The notes under the pieces were generated by a model that was given only the letters and a program-made list of their open reading frames with translations, searched no databases and was not told the DNA's origin. From assembly GCA_035266025.1 (NCBI GenBank), contig DATFOB010000009.1:454-64453 (forward strand): a stretch of 64,000 bases of DNA, in the 5' to 3' direction. This DNA comes from Solirubrobacterales bacterium (GTDB lineage Bacteria > Actinomycetota > Thermoleophilia > Solirubrobacterales > 70-9). Each line of letters starts with the position of its first letter. Positions within the stretch are counted from its first letter, which is position 1. A program made the translations under genes and the position numbers. Below, one piece after another: positions 8,614-15,892 of the stretch.

Positions 8614-9195
8614 TCAAACCCCCCTCAGCAGCTCCCGCACCGGGATGCCGACGATGTCCAGGGCGTCGACCCGGAGACTTTCCACTATCGCGGGCTGCTC
8701 GCGGCGAAGTCGTTCGAGCTCCTCTAGGCCCACCTCGGCTATCCCTGCGTGATTACCCGTCCAGCGGAAGACGGCATTAGCGAGCCCTTCTACTCGTTCC
8801 CGCCATTCCTCCTCGTCCGCTTCGACGTCTCCAGGGCGAACCAGGAAGATGTCGATATCGCTATCGAGGCCACCGTCCCCGCGAGCCGCCGAGCCAAAGA
8901 CGGACAGGTGAGTCGGCTGGGGTCGCCAATAATGAGATACCTCGTCGATCAGACGCCGCAATAGCGCCCCCCGGAGGTCCGCCAGCCTTTCAAAGGGCTC
9001 GGCGGCCAGATGCTCCCGGTTCAAGTTGTAGACGCGGGAATTTCCCGCCTCCTCCATGAAGACAAGGCCGTGGTTCACGAATCGAGAAAGCACAAGTTGC
9101 GTTCCGCGTTGGGAACGGTCGGCAAGGCGAGCGACTTCCCGACCCGTGCGCGGCTTCATGGATGCGGCCAGCACCGTCAGGACGTCACTTTCCAC
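8614..9195 (-). CDS. Winged-HTH plus minimal nucleotidyltransferase (MNT-type) domain protein
   Basis: The N-terminus resembles a MarR/wHTH (TGREVARLADRSQRGTQLVLSRFVNHGLV). The nucleotidyltransferase signature is SVFGSAARGDGGLDSDIDIFLV. The start is a GTG. Confidence 0.8.
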   Translation of the reverse strand: MESDVLTVLAASMKPRTGREVARLADRSQRGTQLVLSRFVNHGLVFMEEAGNSRVYNLNREHLAAEPFERLADLRGALLRRLIDEVSHYWRPQPTHLSVFGSAARGDGGLDSDIDIFLVRPGDVEADEEEWRERVEGLANAVFRWTGNHAGIAEVGLEELERLRREQPAIVESLRVDALDIVGIPVRELLRGV

Positions 9196-9246
9196 CTGAC
9201 AATAAATGTATTCAAGTGAGCAATTTTCTATTCACTTGACTAAAAT
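9196..9246 (-). promoter_or_regulatory. AT-rich promoter/operator region of the nucleotidyltransferase gene
   Basis: This is the only strongly AT-rich stretch for several kb. It contains the inverted repeat TCAAGTGA-N12-TCACTTGA. On the coding strand, -10-like TTTATT/TATTGT boxes lie a few nt before the GTG start, so the transcript may be leaderless. Confidence 0.4.
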
Positions 9247-9966
9247 TTAGGCAGAGAGATCCTCTGGCAACCGACCCTCTCCCTCGAGCTTTTCGAGGTG
9301 GGCCTCCATTGCCATCGCCGCCATCGGCAGCAGCTCCATCGGGATGTCGTCCCAGACGGTTGCGAGCAGCTGGGCTCGGGAGCGCTCGCCGGCTTCGAGC
9401 GCCTCGAGCAGGCGGCGCTCGCGCATCTGGCGGTGCTCGACGTATTCGGCCAGCTTCGCCTCCGGATTGGTAATCCAGGGGCCGTGGCCGGGGGCGATCA
9501 GCTCGATCTCCTCCGCCTGCAGCAGGGCGAGCGAGTCCATGAAGGCGGCGAGGGAGTTGCCGCCCGGGGGGACGATCGTCGAGCCGAGCCCGAGGACGAG
9601 GTCGCCGCTGAAGCAGACGCCAGCCTCGCTGAGGAAGCAGACGTGGTCCTCGGCGTGGCCGGGGGTGGCGAGAGCGCGGAGGGCGAAGTGCTCCTCGCCG
9701 CCCGAGGGCAGGATGACCTCGGCGCCGAGCTGGTCGGCCCCGGCGGTGTGGTCCCCGTGGGAGTGGGTGAGGAGGACAAGGCCGATCCCGCCGCGCTCGG
9801 CCGCGGCGTCGCGGATCGCCCCTAGGTGCCTCGGATCGTCAGAGCCCGGGTCGATCACCACGCAGGGATCGGAGCCGAAGAGATAGGTGTTGGTCCCTTC
9901 CAGCGTCATCGGCCCCGGGTTCGGGGCGACGATCTTCAGGACCTCGGGATGACCAGGGGCTTCCAA
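9247..9966 (-). CDS. MBL-fold metallo-hydrolase
   Basis: It carries the motif LLTHSHGDHTAG (HxHxDH) plus downstream TPGHAEDH and APGHGP. Confidence 0.85.
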   Translation of the reverse strand: MEAPGHPEVLKIVAPNPGPMTLEGTNTYLFGSDPCVVIDPGSDDPRHLGAIRDAAAERGGIGLVLLTHSHGDHTAGADQLGAEVILPSGGEEHFALRALATPGHAEDHVCFLSEAGVCFSGDLVLGLGSTIVPPGGNSLAAFMDSLALLQAEEIELIAPGHGPWITNPEAKLAEYVEHRQMRERRLLEALEAGERSRAQLLATVWDDIPMELLPMAAMAMEAHLEKLEGEGRLPEDLSA

Positions 9967-10030
9967 AATCAGCGTCCGCTGAATTGTGGCCGCGATAGGG
10001 GGCTCGAATTCAGCGAACGCTGAATTCGTC

Positions 10031-12085
10031 CTAGGAGGTCTCGACTTCTTTGGCGATCGCCTCGCGCGCGTCCGGCGGCTCGAGGACGACTAGGTCGCCG
10101 GCGCCGCGGAGGATCTCCCGCACCAGCCAGGGCTTGCCCGCGTAGGGAAGCTCGACGACGACGGCGCCGTCGGCCAACTCCTCGACCACGGTCCGCTCCT
10201 CGCGCAGCCAGCGGGCCCGATCGGGCGAGACCCAGACCCGAGCGACCTCGGCGGTCGGAACCTCGCCGTGGGTCATCCATCCCTCGACCCCGGCGAACTC
10301 CTCGACTTCGGGACGCGGCTCGAACTTCTCCTCGGAGAGACGCGCCTTCTTGACCCGGTCGAGCTTGAAGTGGCGGACGCCTTCTTTGGTCAGGTCGTAG
10401 CACTCGACGTACCAGCCCTCTTTGCCGTTCTCGAGCCGATAGGGCTCCACCCGGCGCTCGGTGAACTGGTCCTCGTTCTCCTTGTAGTAGCTGAGCTCGA
10501 GGACGCGGCTCTCGGCGATCGCCTGGTTGACCGCGCGGGCGACCTCAGCGTCGCCGCTGCCGGCGGACGCGATCTCAAGGCCCTCCTCCGAGGGGTCATG
10601 CCCAAGCGCTTTGACGATTTTGCGGCGCGCCGTCTGCAGGTCGGACTGCGGCAGGTGGTCGCCGAAGAGGTCGATCGCCGCCACCAGCGCCTTCGCCTCC
10701 AGCGGCAGCAGCCGGGCGGGACGGGCGAAGTTGTCGCCGTAGGGCTGCGAGTCGACCTCGATTTCCTTGCCGATGATTTCGGCATAGAGGACGTAGGTGC
10801 CGCCGCCGAAGTTGACGACGTTGAGCAGCTCGATGTCCTCGCGCAGCTCCTCTTCGGTCAGTTCGAGGCGGTCGCGGAGGTCGTTTACGTGCAGGCGCTC
10901 GTCCTTTTTCGCGGCTTCGATCAGGAGCCCGGCGAGGGTGACGAGGCGGGCGAAGCGCTCCGGACGGATCGCCGCCTCGCCGCGGCCGTTGGAGCGAGCG
11001 CGCTTGGGCTGCTCGTCGAGCGGCCGATCGACGACCTCGGCCGGGCTGAACCCGTTCTCGTGGCGCTTCAGCAACAGGCCACGCCGCTTCCCGGCCTCCT
11101 CGCGCAGGTCGTCGGGCGCCAGCACCTCGGCGTTCTGGCGCCAGCGCAGGACCCAGGCGATCAGCTCGCGCTCAGAGGCATATGAGGTCTCGAAGACGCG
11201 GCCTTTGGCTGGAGCGCCGTCGGACTTCTTCGCGTTGCGAAGCTCGCCGTAGGTGCCGTAGTCGCGCTCGATCAGCCAGGCAATCCGCTCGCGGATGAAG
11301 ATCTTCGCCGTCCCCTTCGTCTCCCCCAGCTGCCAGTCGGCGCGGCTGCCGTAGTCGCGGCGGTCGAAGTCCTCGGGCGGCGAGAAGTCGTGCTCGGCCT
11401 TGGAGGCGTAGCCGACCTTGCCCTGGATCCGCGAGAGGCGGAAGACGCGAACCGCGTCGCGCTCGTGCGCATGACCGATCAAGTAGAACTGCCCGCCGCG
11501 GAAGACCAGGTGGAAGGGGTCGACCTTGCGCTTTTCGGTCTCGCCCCGCTCCATCGTGAAGTAGGTGAACTCGATCGTCTTGCGGCGGCTGATCGCGGTC
11601 TCGATCTTGGAGAGGCGCTGGGAGAGCTCGCGCCCGCCGGCCGAGGCGGTCATAGCCATCTCTATCGGGGCCCGCTCACCCTCGTGGAGCGGGTTCGGGT
11701 GGCCCCAGGCGACCTGCTGCAGGGCCAGCCGCAGCGGCTCGGCGTAGGCGAAGCCGCCGTCGGTGAGCAGCATCAGCGCCGTCGAGAGCGCCGCCAACTC
11801 GTCATCGGAGAAGGAGATCGGGTCGAGGTAGAAGTTCTCCGGCGGCAGCGAGTAGAGCTCGGCCTCGAAGAATCCCTCGCCGGGCTTCTCGACCCCGAGC
11901 TCGATCCCGAGGCTCTCCAGCTCCGCGCGATCGGCATAAAAACGGCGCGCGAAAGCGTCGTCGTTCATGTCGCTGTAGCCCTCCACCTCGCGCTTGATCT
12001 CGAGGGCCGAAACCGGCCTCCCCTGAGCCATCAGGAACGAGATCAACGAGAGCTGGCGAATTAGCTTCTCGGTGTCCTTCGCCAC
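10031..12085 (-). CDS. pafBC: Fused PafB-PafC-like transcriptional regulator (two tandem HTH-WYL-type modules)
   Basis: The 684-aa length is about twice that of a single PafB or PafC. The N-terminus KLIRQLSLISFLMAQGRPVSALEIKREV..FARRFYADRAELESLGIEL is PafB/C-like. A second module starts near ERFARLVTLAGLLIEAAKKDERLHVNDLRDRLELTEEELREDIELLN. WYL-type segments include FRGGQFYLIGH and GWYVECYD. The start is a GTG. Confidence 0.8.
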   Translation of the reverse strand: MAKDTEKLIRQLSLISFLMAQGRPVSALEIKREVEGYSDMNDDAFARRFYADRAELESLGIELGVEKPGEGFFEAELYSLPPENFYLDPISFSDDELAALSTALMLLTDGGFAYAEPLRLALQQVAWGHPNPLHEGERAPIEMAMTASAGGRELSQRLSKIETAISRRKTIEFTYFTMERGETEKRKVDPFHLVFRGGQFYLIGHAHERDAVRVFRLSRIQGKVGYASKAEHDFSPPEDFDRRDYGSRADWQLGETKGTAKIFIRERIAWLIERDYGTYGELRNAKKSDGAPAKGRVFETSYASERELIAWVLRWRQNAEVLAPDDLREEAGKRRGLLLKRHENGFSPAEVVDRPLDEQPKRARSNGRGEAAIRPERFARLVTLAGLLIEAAKKDERLHVNDLRDRLELTEEELREDIELLNVVNFGGGTYVLYAEIIGKEIEVDSQPYGDNFARPARLLPLEAKALVAAIDLFGDHLPQSDLQTARRKIVKALGHDPSEEGLEIASAGSGDAEVARAVNQAIAESRVLELSYYKENEDQFTERRVEPYRLENGKEGWYVECYDLTKEGVRHFKLDRVKKARLSEEKFEPRPEVEEFAGVEGWMTHGEVPTAEVARVWVSPDRARWLREERTVVEELADGAVVVELPYAGKPWLVREILRGAGDLVVLEPPDAREAIAKEVETS

Positions 12086-12114
12086 TGCTCGGCAGGATAG
12101 TCTCCGCGCAGCGC

Positions 12115-12465
12115 ATGGACGTCCTCAGAAACCTCTTCGGCAACCTAACCGCGGGCATTATCCGGCTTTTGGTGACGGTCGGAATCCTCGCCGCGGTCTA
12201 TTTTTTCCTCGTCAAGCCCGCCCTGGACACGACGGAGAAGATCAGCCACGAAGTCAACGTCAACGTCCAAAAGGGCTTCCAACAGTCCGATCTGGGCGAC
12301 ATCAACAAGACGATTGACGACGTCAACCGCCAGGTCCAGCGCGAAATCAAGAAGTCCTACCGGACCTCAAAGCAACAGGGCAACGCCGACAAGCTGATCA
12401 GCTGCATCCAGCGCGCCCACCAGAACGTCAACAAGATCCAGCGCTGCAGCGAGCGGTTTCAGTAG
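12115..12465 (+). CDS. Small membrane-anchored protein (unknown function)
   Basis: A 116-aa product with the TM helix AGIIRLLVTVGILAAVYFFLV followed by a polar Lys/Gln-rich domain. G+C is lower than in the flanks, and the start is an ATG. Confidence 0.6.
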   Translation: MDVLRNLFGNLTAGIIRLLVTVGILAAVYFFLVKPALDTTEKISHEVNVNVQKGFQQSDLGDINKTIDDVNRQVQREIKKSYRTSKQQGNADKLISCIQRAHQNVNKIQRCSERFQ

Positions 12466-12730
12466 GGCGAGCTAGAGAGCGCTGCCGCCGATGATGGCGG
12501 CAGCGATCACAAACAGGCCCCCCCCACAGCGTGCGATTCAGAGCGAAGAAGCCGTCCTCCAACCTCTCCATGCGCTTGTCGACCTGCTCGAAGCGTTTGT
12601 CGATCTGCGCGAACCCTTCCTTCATGTCGGCCTTGAGATCAGCAAAACCTCTGTCGACCTTGTCGTTCAGGTCGTCCAAGCGCTCGTCGATCCACGTTTC
12701 CCTCGGGCTCATCATCACCGCCATGAGCAT
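12428..12730 (-). CDS. Small coiled-coil protein; reading frame disturbed at a G8 (C8 on +) homopolymer
   Basis: The N-terminal 66 aa (..RETWIDERLDDLNDKVDRGFADLKADMKEGFAQIDKRFEQVDKRMERLEDGFFALNRTLWGG) parallel the paralogue at 29664..29855. The tail after the homopolymer (12518-12525) is Arg/Cys-rich in this frame but forms a TM helix in the -1 frame (see finding). Confidence 0.55.
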   Translation of the reverse strand: MLMAVMMSPRETWIDERLDDLNDKVDRGFADLKADMKEGFAQIDKRFEQVDKRMERLEDGFFALNRTLWGGPVCDRCRHHRRQRSLARPTETARCSAGSC

Positions 12731-12764
12731 AGCGTAACTGATTGTCTACAGCAACGCTTTGTCT

Positions 12765-13775
12765 TCAGGCGGCGCGCTGGGCGAAGAAGGCGGAGCCGGA
12801 GAGGGCGCGGTCGAAGCCCGACCAGGCCTCGCCGGCGGGGAGCTGCTTCTCGATCCGATCGAAGCTGCCGAGGCGGCCGCCGAGGTTGTCGATCATGTGG
12901 ACGAGGACGGCCTCGCGGGTGGCGGGGACGACCGGGGAGCCGTGTTCGAGCGAGCCGTGGTGGCTGAGGATGATGTGGAGGACGCATTGGGCGAGGTGCG
13001 GGTCGAAGCCCGGCAGGTCCTCGATTGCGCGGCGCACCTTGTAGTAGCCGAGCGGTATCTCCCCCTGCAGGCGGCCGGCGTCGGTGAGGTCGATCGCCAG
13101 CGGGTCGTCGTTGTAGGCGAGGCACTTGCCGATGTCGTGGAGGAGAGCGCCGGTGACGGCGACCTCGCGGTCGATCCCCGGGAAGAAGTTGGCCGCGGCC
13201 GAGACCGCCTGGGCGACCGAAAGCGTGTGCTCGAGCAGCCCGTGCCGGTAGGCCTGGTGGTAGGTCTTCGCTGCGGGCGCGACGTGGAAGCGCTTCCACG
13301 TCTCCGACTCGGAGCCGAAGAAGTGGTCGAGCAGCTGCCGCAGCTGGGGGTTCTGGACGGTCGCCAGCAGTTCGCGAAGCTCACCCTCGAGCTGCTCCAC
13401 TGAAATCTCCGACTCGGCCGCCAGGTCGCCGGTCTCGAACTCGTGCGGCTCGGCCGCCCGCAGATTGCTGAGCTTGATCTTCGGACCCCAACGCTCGCTG
13501 ACCTCGTAGACGCCGCTGACGAAGACCGGCGCGCCCGTGCAGCAGACAGCATGCAGAGCCTCAGCCTCCTCCCAGCAGACGGCCTCGGCGGTCCCGGTCG
13601 CGTCGCCGACCGAGAGTCGCAGCCAGGGCTCGCCGTTGCGCTTGCGGCGCAGCTCCCGCTCGCGCACCGCGTAGACGCCGCTGACCCGCTGCCCGTCCTC
13701 GAGCTCGCGGAGGGGGACGCGGACAGCCGCCGCCTCGACCTCGCCGAACGCCTCGATCTGCGTCTGCTCCGACAT
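12765..13775 (-). CDS. YhaM-like 3'-5' exoribonuclease (OB-fold plus HD domain)
   Basis: Translation from the ATG at 13775 gives MSEQTQIEAF... The OB-fold part reads VSGVYAVRERELRRKRNGEPWLRLSVGDATG. The HD domain shows AYRHGLLEHTLSVA, GALLHDIGK and HIILSHHG. The upstream 124 codons of the track ORF were rejected. Confidence 0.8.
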   Translation of the reverse strand: MSEQTQIEAFGEVEAAAVRVPLRELEDGQRVSGVYAVRERELRRKRNGEPWLRLSVGDATGTAEAVCWEEAEALHAVCCTGAPVFVSGVYEVSERWGPKIKLSNLRAAEPHEFETGDLAAESEISVEQLEGELRELLATVQNPQLRQLLDHFFGSESETWKRFHVAPAAKTYHQAYRHGLLEHTLSVAQAVSAAANFFPGIDREVAVTGALLHDIGKCLAYNDDPLAIDLTDAGRLQGEIPLGYYKVRRAIEDLPGFDPHLAQCVLHIILSHHGSLEHGSPVVPATREAVLVHMIDNLGGRLGSFDRIEKQLPAGEAWSGFDRALSGSAFFAQRAA

Positions 13776-13826
13776 CGTTCGCCCAAGGTAAAGACGGCGG
13801 CGGACATCCCTCATAGGCTCCCGGGG

Positions 13827-14780
13827 GTGCAAGCGGCAAGAGAGATCGCAGCGGCGGCGAGCGCCCTCCTCGCCTACCTGACGACGGTGCTGCCGCGGGT
13901 GCGCAGGGAGCTCCGGCGTCTCGGGCCGCTGCCGGAGGAGAAGGTGAGGAACGTCGAGGCCGTGGCCGTCTTCGCGACGCTCGCCCCCCGCCGCCGTCGC
14001 GCGGCCGTCGTGCGGGCGATCGTCCTCCTGCAGGTCGCGATCGACCTCCGCGACGAGCTCGAAGAGGCGGGAGAGGACGTGTGCGACCCGCTGCTCGGGG
14101 ACCTCCGGGAACGCTCTCGGAACGAGGTATCCGGGCTCCCCTCCCATGACTCTGTCAACCCCTGGCTACAGGCGGCGGTCCTGCGTTGCGCAGAGGCGCA
14201 GTCGCTGACCCACCGCGCAGCCCGGGAAGGACCGGAGGCGTTGCACCGGTGGGCCCGCCGGCAGCAACAGCCGACCTGGTACCGCTGGTGGGAGGTCGCC
14301 GCTGGGGCAACCTCCTCGGTGGCCGCCCACGCATTGATCGCCGCGGCAGCCGACCCCGACACCAACGCCACCAACGCCGGCTACATCGCCATCACCTACA
14401 ACCCGCTGATCGGGGCGCTGACCGTTCTCCTCGACGACCTCGTCGACCTCGAGGAAGACCGACTAGCCGGCGAGCACAACTACGTCGGCTATTACACGGA
14501 CTCCGAAGAAGCCAGCAACCGGCTCGGCCGGATAGCGAACCGGAGCCGCGAGCTGATCGAGTCGCTCCCTCGCGCCCGCCGCCACCAAGCGATCGTGGCC
14601 GGCGTCGCCGCCTTTTATCTCAGCGACCGCAGGGCGCAGACGCCCTATGCGCAGCCGATCCGCGAGCGCATGTTCGAGACCCTGGGGCCCGGTACGAAGG
14701 TCCTTGCCGGCTTCATGCGCGTCCGCCGCCTGCGGGAACGCAAACGGCCCGGGCAAGCGGGGAGCTCACCCGGGCCTTGA
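13827..14780 (+). CDS. DUF2600 / YtpB-like (tetraprenyl-beta-curcumene synthase family) protein
   Basis: The call rests on ..LLAYLTTVLPRVRRELRRL.., an all-helical composition, and a DDLVDLEEDRLAGEHNYVGYY Asp-rich motif. The start (GTG at 13827) is uncertain. Confidence 0.65.
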   Translation: MQAAREIAAAASALLAYLTTVLPRVRRELRRLGPLPEEKVRNVEAVAVFATLAPRRRRAAVVRAIVLLQVAIDLRDELEEAGEDVCDPLLGDLRERSRNEVSGLPSHDSVNPWLQAAVLRCAEAQSLTHRAAREGPEALHRWARRQQQPTWYRWWEVAAGATSSVAAHALIAAAADPDTNATNAGYIAITYNPLIGALTVLLDDLVDLEEDRLAGEHNYVGYYTDSEEASNRLGRIANRSRELIESLPRARRHQAIVAGVAAFYLSDRRAQTPYAQPIRERMFETLGPGTKVLAGFMRVRRLRERKRPGQAGSSPGP

Positions 14781-14911
14781 ATTGCGTGGGGCCGGACCGC
14801 CCAGGGAAGGCGACGGATCCCCGTATTGGCGCCAATGCCGCCTCCGGCCAGGTGCGCCGCAGGCGGATTTTCAATGAGAACATATACGGACCAAACTGTC
14901 AAGATGCCTGC

Positions 14912-15340
14912 TTACCCGGCCGAGAGGTCGGCCCAGCGCTTCGCCTCGCTGAAGCCCAGGTAGGGAAGCAGCGTCAGCAGCACCAGCTCCGGCCTCAGCT
15001 CCTCCAGGCGGTCCAGCCGGCCGATCCGCAGGTGGTCGCCGACGATGCCGACGATGCCGGCGACGAGGGCCTCGTCTGTGGCCCCCGGGAGGCGCTCGTC
15101 CGTGGGCGCCTTCACACGCAGAAAGCCAGATAGACGGCCGATTACGCTTTCGTAGCGATGGAGAATGTCGGAGGCGGGTGCATCGTCGGAGGCAAGGGTC
15201 TCCGCAACCTCGGGGTGGGTGATCGCGTAGTCGACGCCGGCGTAGATCCCCGCGGCCACCTGAGCCGGCCACTCATCCTCCCTGGCGCAAGCGTCGAGCA
15301 CGGCCGCTTCGAGGTTCGCGAGCGCGAGAGAAAACGCCAT
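14912..15340 (-). CDS. Stand-alone TetR-like C-terminal (ligand-binding) domain protein lacking the HTH
   Basis: A 142-aa helical protein. Its C-terminal half TDEALVAGIVGIVGDHLRIGRLDRLEELRPELVLLTLLPYLGF parallels the C-terminal halves of the tandem TetR at 28363..29667 (AAEAIGGALYSLLYDHVNKKGPETLPDLVPTLVYVTLAPFL). No N-terminal HTH is present. Confidence 0.45.
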   Translation of the reverse strand: MAFSLALANLEAAVLDACAREDEWPAQVAAGIYAGVDYAITHPEVAETLASDDAPASDILHRYESVIGRLSGFLRVKAPTDERLPGATDEALVAGIVGIVGDHLRIGRLDRLEELRPELVLLTLLPYLGFSEAKRWADLSAG

Positions 15341-15363
15341 CGAATTGGAACACTAACAGACCG

Positions 15364-15394
15364 GAAGAGGGCAGCGGGCTGGCTGCGCCTCTTC
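15364..15394 (-). terminator. Hairpin downstream of the MMPL-159aa transcription unit
   Basis: GAAGAGGGCAGC...GCTGCGCCTCTTC forms a 12-bp stem with one bulge, 19 nt after the stop at 15413. The U-tract is weak. Confidence 0.35.
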
Positions 15395-15412
15395 ACTGGG
15401 CCACCAGCCGCC

Positions 15413-15892
15413 TCATCCGTATCGGGAGAACTTGAAGCTGCACCAGTCGAAGCCGAAGGCGAGGACGACGTTGTTGGCGAGGTTGCCGTTGTGGATGAAG
15501 CGCGCGGTCAACCGCTGCGCCTTTATCGCGTGCTCCCGGCGCAGCTGTTCGGTGATCTGGCCGAGGTAGGACTCCTGCCGCCCCAGGTAGGTGAACCACT
15601 TGCTCAGCCGCTCGGTGTCGGCGGAAGGCCGAGGTTCGGCGGAGATCTGTTTCACGGTGGAGCCGAAGATCGCAGTGGCCTTGGCGAACTTCTTCGCGGC
15701 GGCGCCCAGCTTTTCGGCGCGGATGTCGCCGCGGGCGCCCTTCATCGCCCGCTGCGTCGCTTCCGCATCGGGCTTGCAGACCGCCTCTAACCGTTCGACG
15801 TATTCGTCGCGAGTCGGCGCTTCCGCCGCAGGCGCATCTGCGGTGAACAAGAGGGCAAACGTCAGGAACGAGATCAGGGTCAACTTAGGCAC
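15413..15892 (-). CDS. Secreted/lipid-anchored helical protein (unknown function)
   Basis: A 159-aa product with signal peptide (M)PKLTLISFLTFALLFTADAPAAEA. Its GTG start overlaps the MMPL stop by 8 nt. Confidence 0.6.
   Translation of the reverse strand: MPKLTLISFLTFALLFTADAPAAEAPTRDEYVERLEAVCKPDAEATQRAMKGARGDIRAEKLGAAAKKFAKATAIFGSTVKQISAEPRPSADTERLSKWFTYLGRQESYLGQITEQLRREHAIKAQRLTARFIHNGNLANNVVLAFGFDWCSFKFSRYG

Noticed and set aside
10031-12085. The fusion of PafB and PafC into one polypeptide, considered as a novelty.
   Set aside because: Naturally fused PafBC proteins are already known in some Actinobacteria, so the fusion itself is not new. It is kept as a feature and as context for the motif hypotheses.
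14825-14836. The 12-nt perfect palindrome ATTGGCGCCAAT between convergent genes.
   Set aside because: It is short, single-copy in the window and contains a common GGCGCC core. It is compatible with chance or a weak terminator stem, so it is not worth a call.
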